Shown here in pieces: positions 27,810-41,966 of a stretch of 64,000 nucleotides of DNA. The stretch's first letter is position 1. Every line of letters starts with the position of its first letter. The stretch is from contig OX597833.1 in NCBI GenBank assembly GCA_951406725.2, positions 55,118,001 to 55,182,000 on the forward strand, read 5' to 3'. Below the pieces are notes generated by a model. That model did not search any database. It was not told the origin of the DNA and saw only the letters and a list, made by a program, of their open reading frames with translations. Source of the DNA: Octopus vulgaris. Its lineage: Eukaryota. The translations under genes were made by a program, and so were the position numbers.

Positions 27810-28527
27810 AGGCACATGGCTCAGTGGTTAGTGTCAAGCTTACGATCGTGAGGTTGGGAGTTTGAATCCCGGACCGGGCTGTGTGTTGTGTTCTTGAGCA
27901 AGACATTTTATTTCACCGGCTGGCCCCCTTGCCGGTGACACGTAAAAGCGCCGTCCGTCCGTGGCCGGTTGCCAGCTCTGTCTGGCCCCGTGTCGGTGGC
28001 ACGTAAAAGTACCATCCGTTCGTGTCCGTTGCCAGCATCGCCTGGCCCCGTGCCGGTGACACGTAAAAGCACCATCCGTTCGTGGCCGTTCGCCAGCTCT
28101 GTCTGGCACCTGTGCAGGTGGCACGTAAAAAACACCCACTACACTCGCGGAGTGGTTGGCGTTAGGAAGGGCATCCAGCCGTAGAAACACTGCCAGATCT
28201 GACTGGGCCTGACGAAGCCTTCCAGCTTCACAGACCCCAGTTGACCCGTCCAACCCATGCTAGCATGGAAAATGGACGCTAAACGATGATGATGATGATG
28301 ATGTTGCTCCAGTTCACTCATCTGTAGAAATGAGTTGCGATGTCACAGGTGCTAAGCTGTATCAGCTGTTGCCTTTCCCTTGGATAACACTTGTGGCATG
28401 AAGAGGGGAGGCCGGTATGCATAGGTGACTACTGGTCTTCTATAAACAACCTTGCCCGGACTTGTGCCTGGGAGGGTAACTTTTTAGGTGCAATCCCATG
28501 GTCTGTGTCGTGACCGAAGGGGGTCTC
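27810..28527 (+). mobile_element. SINE family C interrupted by a family E element (27917-28302)
   Basis: Family C sequence TTTATTTCAC|GTTGCTCCAG is split by the insert. Confidence 0.85.
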
Positions 28528-29022
28528 AGAATTTGTTGTTAGATTAACATTGTAGGGTAGGTGTGAGAAGCTGGATATGGTCAGTTTGAACATAAAGCAG
28601 CTAGAATATTTGGGCCAAGTGTGTCCAGTTTAAATGATAATGGGCTAAACTTCTTCATCCATCCATCTCTGCAAATTGCTCTTATCATTGATGTCATCAA
28701 CCTACTACATAACTTGCTACCCTCTTTGGACATCAGACAGCCTCCACCTGAAATTTATCAAGAGCTCAGTAATTGCATATTGCTTCTGCTTGGAATCTGT
28801 TATTAGCTTGCAATGAAGATCAGGAAGAAGGGTTGCTATGGTAACGTGCACAATTTCAATGACTTATGTCAGTTGATAGCAAAGTTATGTTCACTTGTGC
28901 ATTACTTTGGGGGCAGCCTGTGTATGCATAATCAATGGGTCTCTCTGCAAAATTTTACATCAAAGGCACTAGTTAATCCAAAATTCTGCAAGCTAGGATT
29001 GAACCTGGAACTATATACAGTT

Positions 29023-29449
29023 ACTCTTTACTCTTTACTCTTTTACTTGTTTCAGTCATTTGACTGCGGCCATGCTGGAGCACCGCCTTTAGTCGAGGAG
29101 CAAATCGACCCCGGGACTTATTCTTTGTAAGCCCAGTACTTATTCTATCGGTCTCTTTTTGCCGAACCGCTAAGTGACGGGGACGTAAACACACCGGCAT
29201 CGGTTGTCAAGCAATACTAGGGGGACAAACACAGACACACAAACATATACACACACACTTATATATATATATATATATATACATATATACGACAGGCTTC
29301 TTTCAGTTTCCGTCTACCAAATCCACTCACAAGGCATTGGTCGGCCCGGGGCTATAGCAGAAGACACTTGCCCAAGATGCCACGCAGTGGGACTGAACCC
29401 GGAACCATGTGGTTGGTTAGCAAGCTACTTACCACACAGCCACTCCTGC
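29023..29449 (-). mobile_element. SINE family A
   Basis: Full-length reverse copy. Confidence 0.9.
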
Positions 29450-30068
29450 TGTGAAACAAAATCCTTCTTAACCATGTTGGTATGTGCATGCACTTTTTTT
29501 TTTACATATTTTCCTTGCATATCAAGGTGGTGGTGAGCAAGCAGTGTCATAAGCACGTTGGACAAATACTTATTGGCATTTCGTCCGTCTCTGTTCTGAG
29601 TTCAAATTCCACTGAGATCAACTTTGCCTTTCATCCTTTTTGGGGTTGATAGAATAAGTATCAGTCGAAAACTGGGATCGATGTATTCGACTTACCCACC
29701 TCCCACCAGAATTTCTGGCCTTGTGCCAAAATTCGAAACCAGTTTCCTTGCATATCCTCTCCATTCTGTTGATAGTTGGAGAGACCATTCATTTGGAAAT
29801 CGGTTTCACACTATTTGAGACCAAATGAGCCGTTTTCGTTAGTGTTTAGATAAAAGCAAGTTTATCATTAATCGCTTTTGTCATAGAATCTAAAAATATT
29901 TTAATTTTCTTCAAACCGAATCCACTCCTCCACAATGATATAGAGAATGTTCTAAATAAATATAATTACTTCTTTACGTGCTTCATTTTCAAAATTTCAC
30001 AGTTGTTATCAAGATATTTCAATGTCAAAATTATATATATATATTCTAATAGTATATATATTCTAATA

Positions 30069-30105
<37 letters not shown>

Positions 30106-30975
30106 TTCCAATAGTATATTCTGTAAACTAATGTTCTCATTTTTGCTATTACATATATCTTTTTCTTTTTCTTTTTTTCCCCCTTAACCTTATGACACCT
30201 ATTGGTAATAATTGTCGACACTCCATTTACCACACTCCTCTGAGAAGAAAACAAAAAAAAATTGAAGGCTCCGATGAGTTTTAAGGATTCTTTATATTTG
30301 CAAAACATTACTACATGCACGCAATTATATAATTATATCTGGCAGTTGTAACAAATTATTGACATTTAAATAATTATAAATATAATTTAGACATTTGAAA
30401 ATTATCAAGGTCTCCTTGCTGTAGCGGTTAACATAGCTGTCTGGTATTCAGCAAGCAAATTGTTCAATTCCCATAGGGGTTTCTCAGCACCGTTTTGCAT
30501 TGACTTCTTTTCAAATTTCTCAATGCTTCATATAAAACAGGACAAAAAGCCCTTAATGTTGGTTTCCTTGTCCTGTTTTTATTCTTTATTTGTACTGTTT
30601 TTTTCTTCATTTGTATTGCTTTTACGTCCTGTTCTTGTCACTTTTTTTACCCCTCTGCAAAAGAATTTTATTTAATTCATTTTGCAGGAAGGACTGCTTC
30701 GGCCGGATCGTGTTCTGCCCTTACCTTCGAAACACGCATTGAGTCGAAACAGGGGCAGCTGATGAAGGGGAATATTCCTTGTATTGTTTGTCTTGTACTC
30801 TATTTTTTTGTTGTTTAAAAAAAGTCCGTTTCCTTGTTTGATTTTATGTTTTCGTTTCTCGTTGTGTTCTATGATTATTTGTGGTGCCCTGTACTCATAT
30901 ATGCATGTATATATACATATAGATGTAGGTATGTACATATATGTATGTATGCATATGTTTTATTTATTAAATTGT

Positions 30976-31041
<66 letters not shown>

Positions 31042-31569
31042 GAAAATTTAATTATTTTAAATCGAACCAATTAACGATTTTCATTTGCATATTGGTTGTT
31101 TATTTAGACATTAGAGAGTTAGCACATGTTAAATGAATTTGAAAGTCTTTGTATCTCAGTGGGTTCTTGGGGCAAGTCGTTCTTTCTTGGAATAAATTCT
31201 TCTCAACTCCCTCTGCTTGTCACTAGTTGTCTGAACCACTTTGCTATCAGCCTATTTCTGAACCAAAGCGTTCAGTTTGTGAAAATCTATTGAATATTCA
31301 TGACATTATAACCGTATCTGCAACTTATTTAGTCTAGCTGTAAAACAATACTGTTGGCCTTATAACCCTATACATGTTCTGCAACCCATAGGGGTACGAC
31401 TCTACAGTATGTTTCCAGAGTTTAGAGAGGAGGTCTTCAAACAGAAATCTAGCTGTCAGCATAACTTGCCAAAGGGAGTGGAGCTCGAACTCTTTTAAAC
31501 AAAAATATATTATACAATCATCAATATCAGTATCAAGACAAATATCAAATGGAAATTGTAGTTACGCGA

Positions 31570-32058
31570 TATATGTGCCAGCAGCACGTAAAAAGCACCA
31601 TCCAAACGTGGCCGGTACCAGCGTTGCTTTGACTGGCTTCTGTGCTGGTACACACGACCTGCTGTGCTTGAGGAGACCTTTTGAGTCAAGTACATCAACA
31701 TCAAAATAAATATCAAATGGAAATTGTAGTTGTGATACCTGTGCCGGTGGCACATAAAAAGTACCATCCGAACGTGGCCGATGCCAGCACCACCTTGACT
31801 GGCTTCTATGCCGGTGGCATGTAAAAAGCACCATTTGAACGTGGTTGATGCCAGTGCCGCCCTTGCTGGCTTCTGTGCCGGTGGCACATAAAAAGGACCC
31901 ACTACACTCATGGAGTGGTTGGTGTTAGGAAGGACATCCAGCTGTAAAACCACTGCCAGATCAAACTGGAGCCTGGTGCAGCCTCCTGGCTTCCCAGACC
32001 CCAGTTGAACCGTCCAACCCGTGCTAGCACGGAAAACGGACGTTAAACGATGATTATG
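31570..32058 (+). mobile_element. Family E element: tandem GTGCCGGTGGCACGTAAAAAGCACC units, RTE-like block and (GAT)n tail; other copies 2415-2660, 27917-28302, ~52040-52190, 1-45
   Basis: GGTTGG(C/T)GTTAGGAAGG(G/A)CATCCAGC..GTA block and ...CCCATGCTAGCATGGAAAA...AAACGATGATG tail. The tail type matches the RTE fragment. Confidence 0.75.
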
Positions 32059-32531
32059 ACAAATCACAAGTTTGAATGTAACAGGTTTTAACAATATGAA
32101 GTCATACAAAATTCTCCACAATGGCGGTGCCCCAGCATGGCCACAGCTCGTGAGCTGAAACTAGATAAAATAAAAAATAAAAAATATGTTTTCTGGGCAG
32201 TTCAGTATTTTGAAGTTTTATGTATTTGGTAACTTAATCTGCTCATTAATATTAAATATGTTTTAAGCACATTACCGCATTATAAATATAAATATTAAAT
32301 ATGTTTTCACATAATTGAATCTTTTGAATTTGATATGCTGTCATGTTAGTATCTTTGGAGATAAACAGAAAACTTCAAATCTTCTTTGTTAGAAGATGCT
32401 CCTTGACCACCATATGACATAACATTAATTACCCACAATGCATTCATTTGCATACATGTATATACACCCTCACTTAAAACCTTTCTTTCTTATCCGTCCT
32501 ACATACACTATCTTTCTTATAGCAACTTTAT

Positions 32532-33157
32532 CCCTTTAGCATTCAGATTATTCTGTAAAATGTAAAGCTTGTGTATTCACACCATGTAAAATTAATCTTG
32601 CATCATTTCATCGCTTTGAGATTTCAATGATGTGATTGTTTATTTTTAAAATGACACAATAAGGTAGCTATGAATGACCATATCTGACTAGTTTGAACAT
32701 AAAACAGGTAGAATATTTTGGCCAGATATGGCCGGTTTAACCTTTTAGTATTTAAACCGGCCATATCCGGCCAAAATATTTAATCTGTTTTATGTTCAAA
32801 CTGACCAGATCCAGGCTCTCACACCTACCCTACAATGTTATTCTACATTAAGTAATTACACCATCAAGATCTTGAAGATATGGGATAATGCATGATTAAT
32901 TGAAATCAATGTGAATCAATAAGCATTATGTTTGATAGAATAATCTGAACACTAAAGGGCTAACCCTTTAGCATTTAAACTGGCTATAAAAATCTACCGG
33001 GTTTTATCTTTCATACTGGCTAGATCTGGCCTCTCACACTTACCCTACATTGTTATTCTGAAAATAAACAATCAAGTTATTGAAACCTCAAAGCCACAAA
33101 GTAATGCCCGATTAAATAAGCATTACATATGACAGAGAAATCTGAATTCTAAAAGGA
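32532..33157. mobile_element. Three abutting copies of a ~220-bp piggyBac-like (TTAA) MITE; others at ~6361-6560, 6635-7167, 49340-50020, 55989-56195, 58963-59184
   Basis: TTAA-CCCTTTAGCA ... CTAAAGGG-TTAA termini with a shared interior. Confidence 0.8.
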
Positions 33158-33224
33158 TACACTTAACATCAATGGTATCACTTTTGCAAGGACCTCTAAA
33201 GTCCCATACCACTACGAGGTCCAG

Positions 33225-33352
33225 TTCTTCTTTGTGATATGGTGGCTTGCATGGATCAATGACCTTTGACACTGAGAGCTATGCCAGCAAAGTGCAAGCT
33301 CCTGGTAGAACCTCCTCTGCTGAACAGGTCAAAGGATGAAGGCCAGACTTAC
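33225..33352 (+). mobile_element. Degenerate RTE-clade 5' UTR remnant
   Basis: GGTGGCTTGCATG..CAATGAC..TGAGAGCTATGCC..AAGCTCCTGGTAG..ACAGGTCAAAGG..GGCCAGAC resembles the conserved RTE 5' UTR as I recall it. Confidence 0.5.
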
Positions 33353-33499
33353 ATGAGCTGCCTTTTCCCAGAAGTGCAGGTACATGGTTTTGTGGTTAGG
33401 GTGTCAGACTGATGATTGTAAGATTTTGGTTTCGATTCCTGAACTGGGCAGCAGTCATCTCTGCTCTGATAGATATTGGAAACATATCAGAATCTGGGA

Positions 33500-33850
33500 A
33501 AGTGCATCACTGAGTGGTTAGAGCATCAGGCTTATAATCATGTGGTGGTGAGTTCAATTCCTGGACCGGGCTGTGTGTTGTGTTCTTGAACAAGACACTT
33601 TATTTCATGTTGTTCCAGTTCTCTCAGCTGTAGAAATGAGTTGTGACATCACTGGTGCCAAGCTGTATCAGCCTTTGGCTATCCATTGGATAACATCAGT
33701 GGGATGGAGAGGAGAGGCTGGTATGCATGGGCAACTGCTGGTCTTCCTTAAACAATCTTGCCTGGACTTTTGCCTTAGGGGGGTAACTATTAAGTTCAAT
33801 CCCTTGGTCATTCATGACTGAAAGGGGGGGGGGTGTTTTACCCCTTACCC
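33500..33850 (+). mobile_element. SINE family C
   Basis: Aligns by eye to 6792-7135. Confidence 0.8.
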
Positions 33851-34219
33851 TTTGTGTGAGAATCTGGAGTTAATTTTGTGTGTGCATGTGCAAGCGTGTC
33901 TCGCCATTCTGTGGATATCTTTCTCATGGGGGCAAGTTTGGGGAAGAATGAAAGAGAATGATTGAAAGAGAAAGAAAAGGAGTTTTAGCTGAGTTGTCAG
34001 ATTGTAGAGTGTTTATGTCTTAGAGATTAAATATAAACACCTCCCCACTCTCACCTCCACCCCCAGAAAGAGAAAAGGTGATTGGAGAGGAATGGTTCTT
34101 CCTATAGAGACTTGCCTAACCTGGGGAAACTTTGTAGACCACCACCCCTCCTCACCAACTCCTTCCCTGGCAATTTGATTAAAATGATAACAGTTTACTG
34201 GTGCTTGTGGTAGTAGAAA

Positions 34220-34770
34220 CAATGAGGGCGAAGATAAGGATCATAATGATAATTATGCCAATTACGATTGTAATTATGCTGATTGCGATCATGATGGTGA
34301 TGGCGGCGGTGGTGGTGGTGGTGGTGGTATTTATGAGGATGATTAATGGCTGATATGACAATAAATAATGATGACGACAACAACAACAACAACAACAGGA
34401 ATGATTTTGTACTGTTAATACAAATCTACTGATTACCAAGATGAAGATGAGAATGAAAGTGGTAGTGGTGATGGCAACGAAGACGATGATGATGATGATG
34501 AGGAGGAGGATTACGATGATGATGATGATGATGACGATGACGATGACGATGATGGTGGTGGTGGTGGTGGTGGTGGTGGTGGTGACGAAGACGATGATGG
34601 GGATGAGGATGATGAGGATGATGATGATGATGAGGAGGAGGATGACAATGATGATGGTGATGATTGTGATGGTGATGGTGGTGGTGGTAATGGTGCCCAA
34701 GACAACAATGATGGTGGTGGTGGTGGTGGTGATGAGGAGGAGGAGGGGGAGGAGAAGGAGGAGGATGTGG
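34220..34770. repeat. Compound GAT/GGT/GAG trinucleotide tract; a CTT/CCT tract lies at 443-680
   Basis: Direct reading. Confidence 0.9.
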
Positions 34771-34779
34771 GTGAGTGGG

Positions 34780-34843
34780 TTAATAGTTGACGGCATGAAT
34801 CCCAGAATAGCTTTGACTGGTGGTTCTTCTGTATTTTATTGAC
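34780..34843 (-). other. Candidate downstream/terminal exon start
   Basis: Acceptor CTGCTTTTTATCTCTCTTGCAG|G. The phase-2 frame gives SIKYRRTTSQSYSGIHAVNY*. Confidence 0.25.
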
Positions 34844-35787
34844 CTGCAAGAGAGATAAAAAGCAGAGTCATTCCTGACAGGACTGGAACAACAGGGGAAG
34901 ATTACTGCAAGGGAGAGATTAAAACTTATTATATCTGTATAGCAAAGTTGTTTAGTTCATCTTTCTATTGTTTCAGCCACCATTCCACAACTCTTAACGA
35001 GGGCAATAATATTATTGATAAGAACCTGTGTGGTGGTGGTGGTGGTGGTAGTGGTGAGGGCACTGCTATATAGGTCCCTAATTAAGAAATTACAACAACA
35101 ACAATAATAATGATAATGATAATAATAATAATAATGCTAATGATGATGATGATTGGTAGTAATTGGCTGACAGTGGTAATCAACTATATAGATAAAGTAA
35201 TGATAGCTACCAATGGCAGGAATACTATATTCTGTTTGGTGGTGGTGGTGGTGGTGATGGTGGTGGTGGTGATGGTGGTAGCGGCGGTGTGGTAGTAATA
35301 GTATGTAGTGGTGTGACCTAGGAACCAATCCAATCCAACGAGGGTTATAAAGTTATACATATGGTTGGGGGTTGTTTTTTTTATAGTTTCCCATTTGTCA
35401 AATTCTAGTCACATGGTATGGTGATTGGTCAGCCATGAAAAGCTGGTCTGTGATGGTTAATATATATATATATATATTTATATATATATGTATTTCAAAA
35501 TAGAAAATTACCCTTTAAGAGGTAATTTTACATGCTAGAAATAGCAGCCAACACGGCCAAAAACCACAATTTTATAGCAAATTTCGAAGTAAATGAAAAG
35601 TAAAAACCTTTACCTTGTTATATAACGGTTATACCATGGTTTCGGATTACTTTAGCAAATAATATCGTTTGTTATCTTTATATATATATATATACACACA
35701 CACAAAACATGACTGAAAATGCCCTTTGAGTCAATTTGGTAGATAGAAACAACTATGTGTGTGTGAAGCAACTATGTGTGTGTGTGT

Positions 35788-36335
35788 AGGCAAAGGTGTA
35801 GCTATGTGGTAAAGAGCTTTCTTTCTAACTACATGGCCTTGGTCTCAATCCCATTACATGGCATCTTGGGTAAGTGTCTTCTACTACTATAGCCTTGGCT
35901 GTGACCAAATCCCTGTGAGTGGATTTGGTAGATGGAAACTGTAAGAAGCCTGTTGCGTATGTGTCTGTCCTTGTCCTCCACCATCACTTGACAGCTGCTG
36001 TTAGTGTGTTTACATCCCCCCAAAATACACTAACACCAGCTGCAGTAGCGGTCTTTAAAAAAAAAGATGTACTAGGGTCAATTCATTTGACTAAAAATTC
36101 TTCAAGGTAGTGCCCCAGCATGGCCACAGCCAAAATGACTGCAACAAGTAAAACAGAAGATATATATATATATATATATACGATGGGCTTCTTTAAGTTT
36201 CAGTCTACCAAATCCACTCACAAGGCTTTGGTTGGCTCAAGGCTATAAGTAGAAGACACTTGCCCAAGGTGCCACGCAGTGGGACTGAACCCGGAACCAT
36301 GTGGTTGGTAAGCAAGCTACTTACCACACAGCCAC
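35788..36335. mobile_element. Diverged family A SINE (+) followed by the 5' half of a copy on (-)
   Basis: 35788-36155 is a diverged forward copy; 36180-36335 is a reverse head half. Confidence 0.8.
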
Positions 36336-36944
36336 TTCAACTGATTTTCTTAGGCTCCTCTTCGAAAATTTTTTGCTCATTCCAGTATAGAATCTCTGTG
36401 TGGAAACTTCCAAGCTTTCTATTCTCCATCTCTTAAGGAAGATGTTGCTATTATCATTAAGAAAAGAATTTCACCTTGTATTTTTTTTTACATTTGTTTG
36501 TTTATTTACCGTTCGCTTTTCTATTTAGTTTACATTATAGAAATCTTTGGCTGATTATCGGAGTTGATGCTGGGACATAGTAATTTCATAGATGTTGCAG
36601 AATAAACAATAATTTGTTAGCATTTTGTTGTTACAGTTTTACTCGTTTGTATTGCATATACACATACCTTATTTATATTCGGAAGAGAGAAAATAATGGA
36701 GAAATAATGGAGAAAAATTCCAAACGGCAATCACAGTAATAATAAATAATGCACGAAGAAGGAATAAAAAAAAAAAATACATATAAGAGGATACGGAGGA
36801 ACATGGTTGTTGTTTTAGTATTGCCATGTATCTCTTTCCGAAGCATTGCTTGTATAAACCTGAAACATTCACTTGCAGAATTGGGGTTGCTCTTTTGTCA
36901 TATTCCACCAAGTTCCGTTGGTCAACCTTGATTTTATTTTTTTC

Positions 36945-37734
<790 letters not shown>

Positions 37735-38012
37735 CAAGTAATTAAATTCCTACCATGGTTTCATGCAGGGCAGGTATTGTACTGGTTACTAGTGACCCCC
37801 CAATGGGGCTGCAGCGCTGTTAGTTAGGGATGTTCTCTCTCACTCTCTCTCTGTACATATAATTGGGTACTTAGAGTGGGGAAGAGTCATTGGACCTATA
37901 GTCTATGGAGGCCCTTTGAGAATAATGGTGTGTTGGATGTGATTAATGTTCTACTTGTCAAATTTGGATGATAACAGTTGGGGGCGGGGCAGAGTTAGGC
38001 AAAGCAAATATA

Positions 38013-38229
38013 TATTTCTTTACTGCCCACAAGGGGCTAAACATAGAGGGGACAAATGGATAAAGTCAATTACATCGACCCCAGTGCGAAACTGGTACTT
38101 TATTTATCAACCCCGAAAGGGTGAAAGGCAAAGTCGACCTCGGCGGAATTTGAACTCAGGACGTAACGACAGACGATACACGGCTACGCATTTCGCCCGG
38201 CGTGCTAACCGTTCTGCCAGCTCGCCGCC
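38013..38229 (-). mobile_element. SINE family B
   Basis: Full-length reverse copy. Confidence 0.85.
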
Positions 38230-38653
38230 TGTAAAAGTCAGGTAAGGAATTCAAGAGGCTACCATTCTGGGGTGTGGGGTGGGACATATTGGTTAGATTG
38301 GAGTTGAGTCAGTAGGTTTAGCTCATGGATGAATGCAATGTGATTTAGTCAAGAGTATCTAAGTAGAGATAGCATGGGGGGCCACTGTAGTCGCTGTAAG
38401 AAAGAGTAGAGAAGCACATCTGCGGGGACCAGTGAGGTGTCAGTAAGTGACCCCTGTCATACCAACTTGCTGAGCAGCGGTCTTTGCTTTTACTTCCATC
38501 TGATATCTGCACTGAAACCATTGTTCGGGTTTAATTATCTTGTTTCTGATCCAGTTTATTTTGTCGCGAATGTGTGTTGAGAACTTTGTTAAAACTTAGA
38601 GAAAACTGCAATAGCAATACAGGTTTTATATAATAATCACACAAATAGGCATG

Positions 38654-38695
<42 letters not shown>

Positions 38696-38719
38696 GTGTA
38701 TGTGTGTGTGTATATATAT

Positions 38720-39113
38720 ACTCTTTACTCTTTTACTTGTTTCAGTCATTTGACTGCGGCCATGCTGGAGCACCACCTTTAGTCGAGCAAATCGACCCCG
38801 GGACTTATTCTTTGTAAGCCCAGTACTTATTCTATCGGTCTCTTTCACCGAACCGCTAAGTGACGGGGACGTAAACACACCAGCATCGGTTGTCAAGCAA
38901 TGCTAGGGGGACAAACACAGACACATAAACACACACATATATATATATACGACAGGCTTCTTTCAGTTTCTGCCTACCAAATCCACTCACAAGGCATTGG
39001 TCGGCCCGGGGCTATAGCAGAAGACACTTGCCCTAGATGCCACGCAGTGGGAATGAACCCGGAACCATGTGGTTGGTTAGCAAGCTACTTACCACACAGC
39101 CACTCCTGCGCCT
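38720..39113 (-). mobile_element. SINE family A
   Basis: Full-length reverse copy. Confidence 0.9.
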
Positions 39114-39146
39114 ATATGTTCATATGTATATATGTGTGTGTGTGTG

Positions 39147-39205
<59 letters not shown>

Positions 39206-39248
39206 TCATATGTATATATATGTGTGTGTGTGTGTGTATATATTCATA

Positions 39249-39285
<37 letters not shown>

Positions 39286-39996
39286 TCATATGTATATATA
39301 TATGTGTGTGTGTGTGTATATATATATATAGTGTATGTGTGTGTATATATATTCATATGTATGTATATATATATGTGTGTGTGTATATATATATATATGC
39401 ATGTATGTGTATATTTAAATATATGTATGTATATATATATCTGTGTGTGTGTGTGTGTGTTTGTGTATATATATTGATAGAAATGGCAAGACAACCAAAG
39501 AATGAAAGAGACCTCGATATTATGTAAATAGAGGAATTTATCTGTAAATATGTTTGTTTATGTGTGTGTGTGTATGTGCATATGTCTGTGTATGTGTATG
39601 GATGCATGTGCATGGGTGTGAGTGTGTGTATAATGGCACACGGTGGGATAACAGAGATTTAGCTGTGGGTTTTAGCAGATGAAATGATATCATAGTGGCT
39701 CTTCTGTTGGCTTAATTTTGTGTCGCTTGGTGTTGAATAAAACTAAAGGGAAGAATACGGTATCTCGCTTCCCCAAGCTTGACAAAACACTCAGTGAAAT
39801 TCTTATGTGGTAACCATTTTGGCTGCTAATCATCCTCATCTTGGAATAGCTCCAAATTTTTCTCCATGCACAGCAAGGCTAAATATGTCTCAAACATATT
39901 TCGAGTCTTGCTGTCGAGTTAAAAACATATAAAAATCTATTTTCATATTTAGAATTAATTAATTCCCATGCTGTATTCTCTATCATAATTAACATA

Positions 39997-40410
39997 TATT
40001 TCTTTATTGCCCACAAGGGGCTAAACATAGAGGGGACAAACAAGGACAGACGACCGGATTAAGTCGATTACATCGACCCCAGTGTGTAACTGGTACTTAA
40101 TTTATCAACCCCGAAAGGATGAAAGGCAAAGTCGACCTCAGCGGAATTTGAACTCAGAACGTAACGGCAGACAAAATACCAATTTCTTTATTACCCACAA
40201 GGGGCTAAACACAGAGGCGACAAACAAGGACAGACGAACGGATTAAGTCGATTACATCGACCCCAGTGCGTAACTGGTACTTTATTTATCGACCCCAAAA
40301 GGATGAAAGGCAAAGTCGACCTTGGCGGAATTTGAACTCAGAACGTAACGGCAGACGAAATACCGCAAGCATTTCGCCCGGCGTGCTAACGATTCTGCCA
40401 GCTCACCGCC
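39997..40410 (-). mobile_element. SINE family B head-to-tail dimer
   Basis: Full copy joined to a head-truncated copy at ...GGCAGACAAAATACC|AATTTCTTTA. Confidence 0.88.
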
Positions 40411-40818
40411 TTAAACATACATACATACATACGGATTTATACATACATATGGATGTATACATATCTGTCGACATCATAATTAACATAACAAAAATAAAAC
40501 CAGCAAACAGCTCCCCCACCTTTTTTGCCTCCCTGTTGACAGCAATCACTGTGGCTACAAGTTCGGTGCACCATAAAAATAGTGAAAACAATATTTATTG
40601 AATATGTTGATGACCGATAAAAAGCTTTTGCACTTTGGTTATTTAGAAATAAGTTTCTTGCATCTTTTTTTCTCTGCTGCTGTTCCAACATTGTATCATT
40701 GTTGGAGTTTATTAGGTTGCTTGTTTCCCAGTAGTAATAATTATATACGCATACAGGTAAAAAAAGCGTTTCATCTTTTAATCAGGTGTACAAACATCTA
40801 GGAGACTTAATTCTTTTT

Positions 40819-40866
<48 letters not shown>

Positions 40867-41029
40867 CCTCACTCTCACTCTCATGTGTAAACTTGAGTTT
40901 CACTTTACTTTTTAGAAAAAAATAAAGAATTGCTATTTTAGACAAGAAGAATAAAAATAATTTTAAAAAAATTTTTAAATAACATAATACTGTAAGAAAG
41001 AAATCTAAAGATTATTAAAATTGATGATT

Positions 41030-41033
41030 TCTC

Positions 41034-41100
<67 letters not shown>

Positions 41101-41113
41101 TTATTATTATTAT

Positions 41114-41157
<44 letters not shown>

Positions 41158-41349
41158 TTATTATTACTATTATTATTATTATTATTATTATTATTACTAC
41201 TATTATTATTATGATTACTATTATTATTATTACTACTATTATTATTATTACTACTATTATTATTATTACTACTATTATTATTATTATTACTACTACTACT
41301 ACTATTAGTATTACTATTATTATTATTATTATTATTATTACTACTACTA

Positions 41350-41380
<31 letters not shown>

Positions 41381-41597
41381 TATTATTATTACTACTACTA
41401 CTACTATTATTATTATTATTATTACTACTACAACTACTATTATTATTACTATTATTATTATTATTATTATTATTATTACTACTATTATTATTATGATTAC
41501 TATTATTATTATTACTACTATTATTATTATTACTACTATTATTATTATTATTATTACTACTACTACTATTATTATTATCATTATTATTATTATTATT
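41030..41597. repeat. Compound (ATT/ACT)n microsatellite; similar tracts at 1130-1410, 25900-26180, 42500-42748, 45912-46062, 46560-47155
   Basis: Direct reading. Confidence 0.95.
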
Positions 41598-41907
41598 TTG
41601 TCACTGTGAGAGTTAAAAGTAAAGAATAAATATTTGAAGTGAAAATTATGTTGTCAGAAAGTAAATATTGACACACTGGGAGGAATGTCTTACTCAACTA
41701 ATGAAAATGTTGCTTTATATCAAACACTAAGTAAAGCATCAAAACCTGCTGAGTGATAAAAAAAAAAAAAATTAAATATAACCGGACAAATAGATAAATA
41801 AAAATAGGAAGAAAAAAAAAGACCTACTTTTTTAATAAATGTAAACAATTTTCTGAAGTTCATCATCATCATTATCATCATCATCATTATTATTTTTATT
41901 ATTGTTA

Positions 41908-41966
<59 letters not shown>

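Noticed and set aside
38240-38490. Possible decayed CR1/L2-like LINE 3' fragments (also ~42840-43230)
   Set aside because: The resemblance is too faint to call without an alignment.
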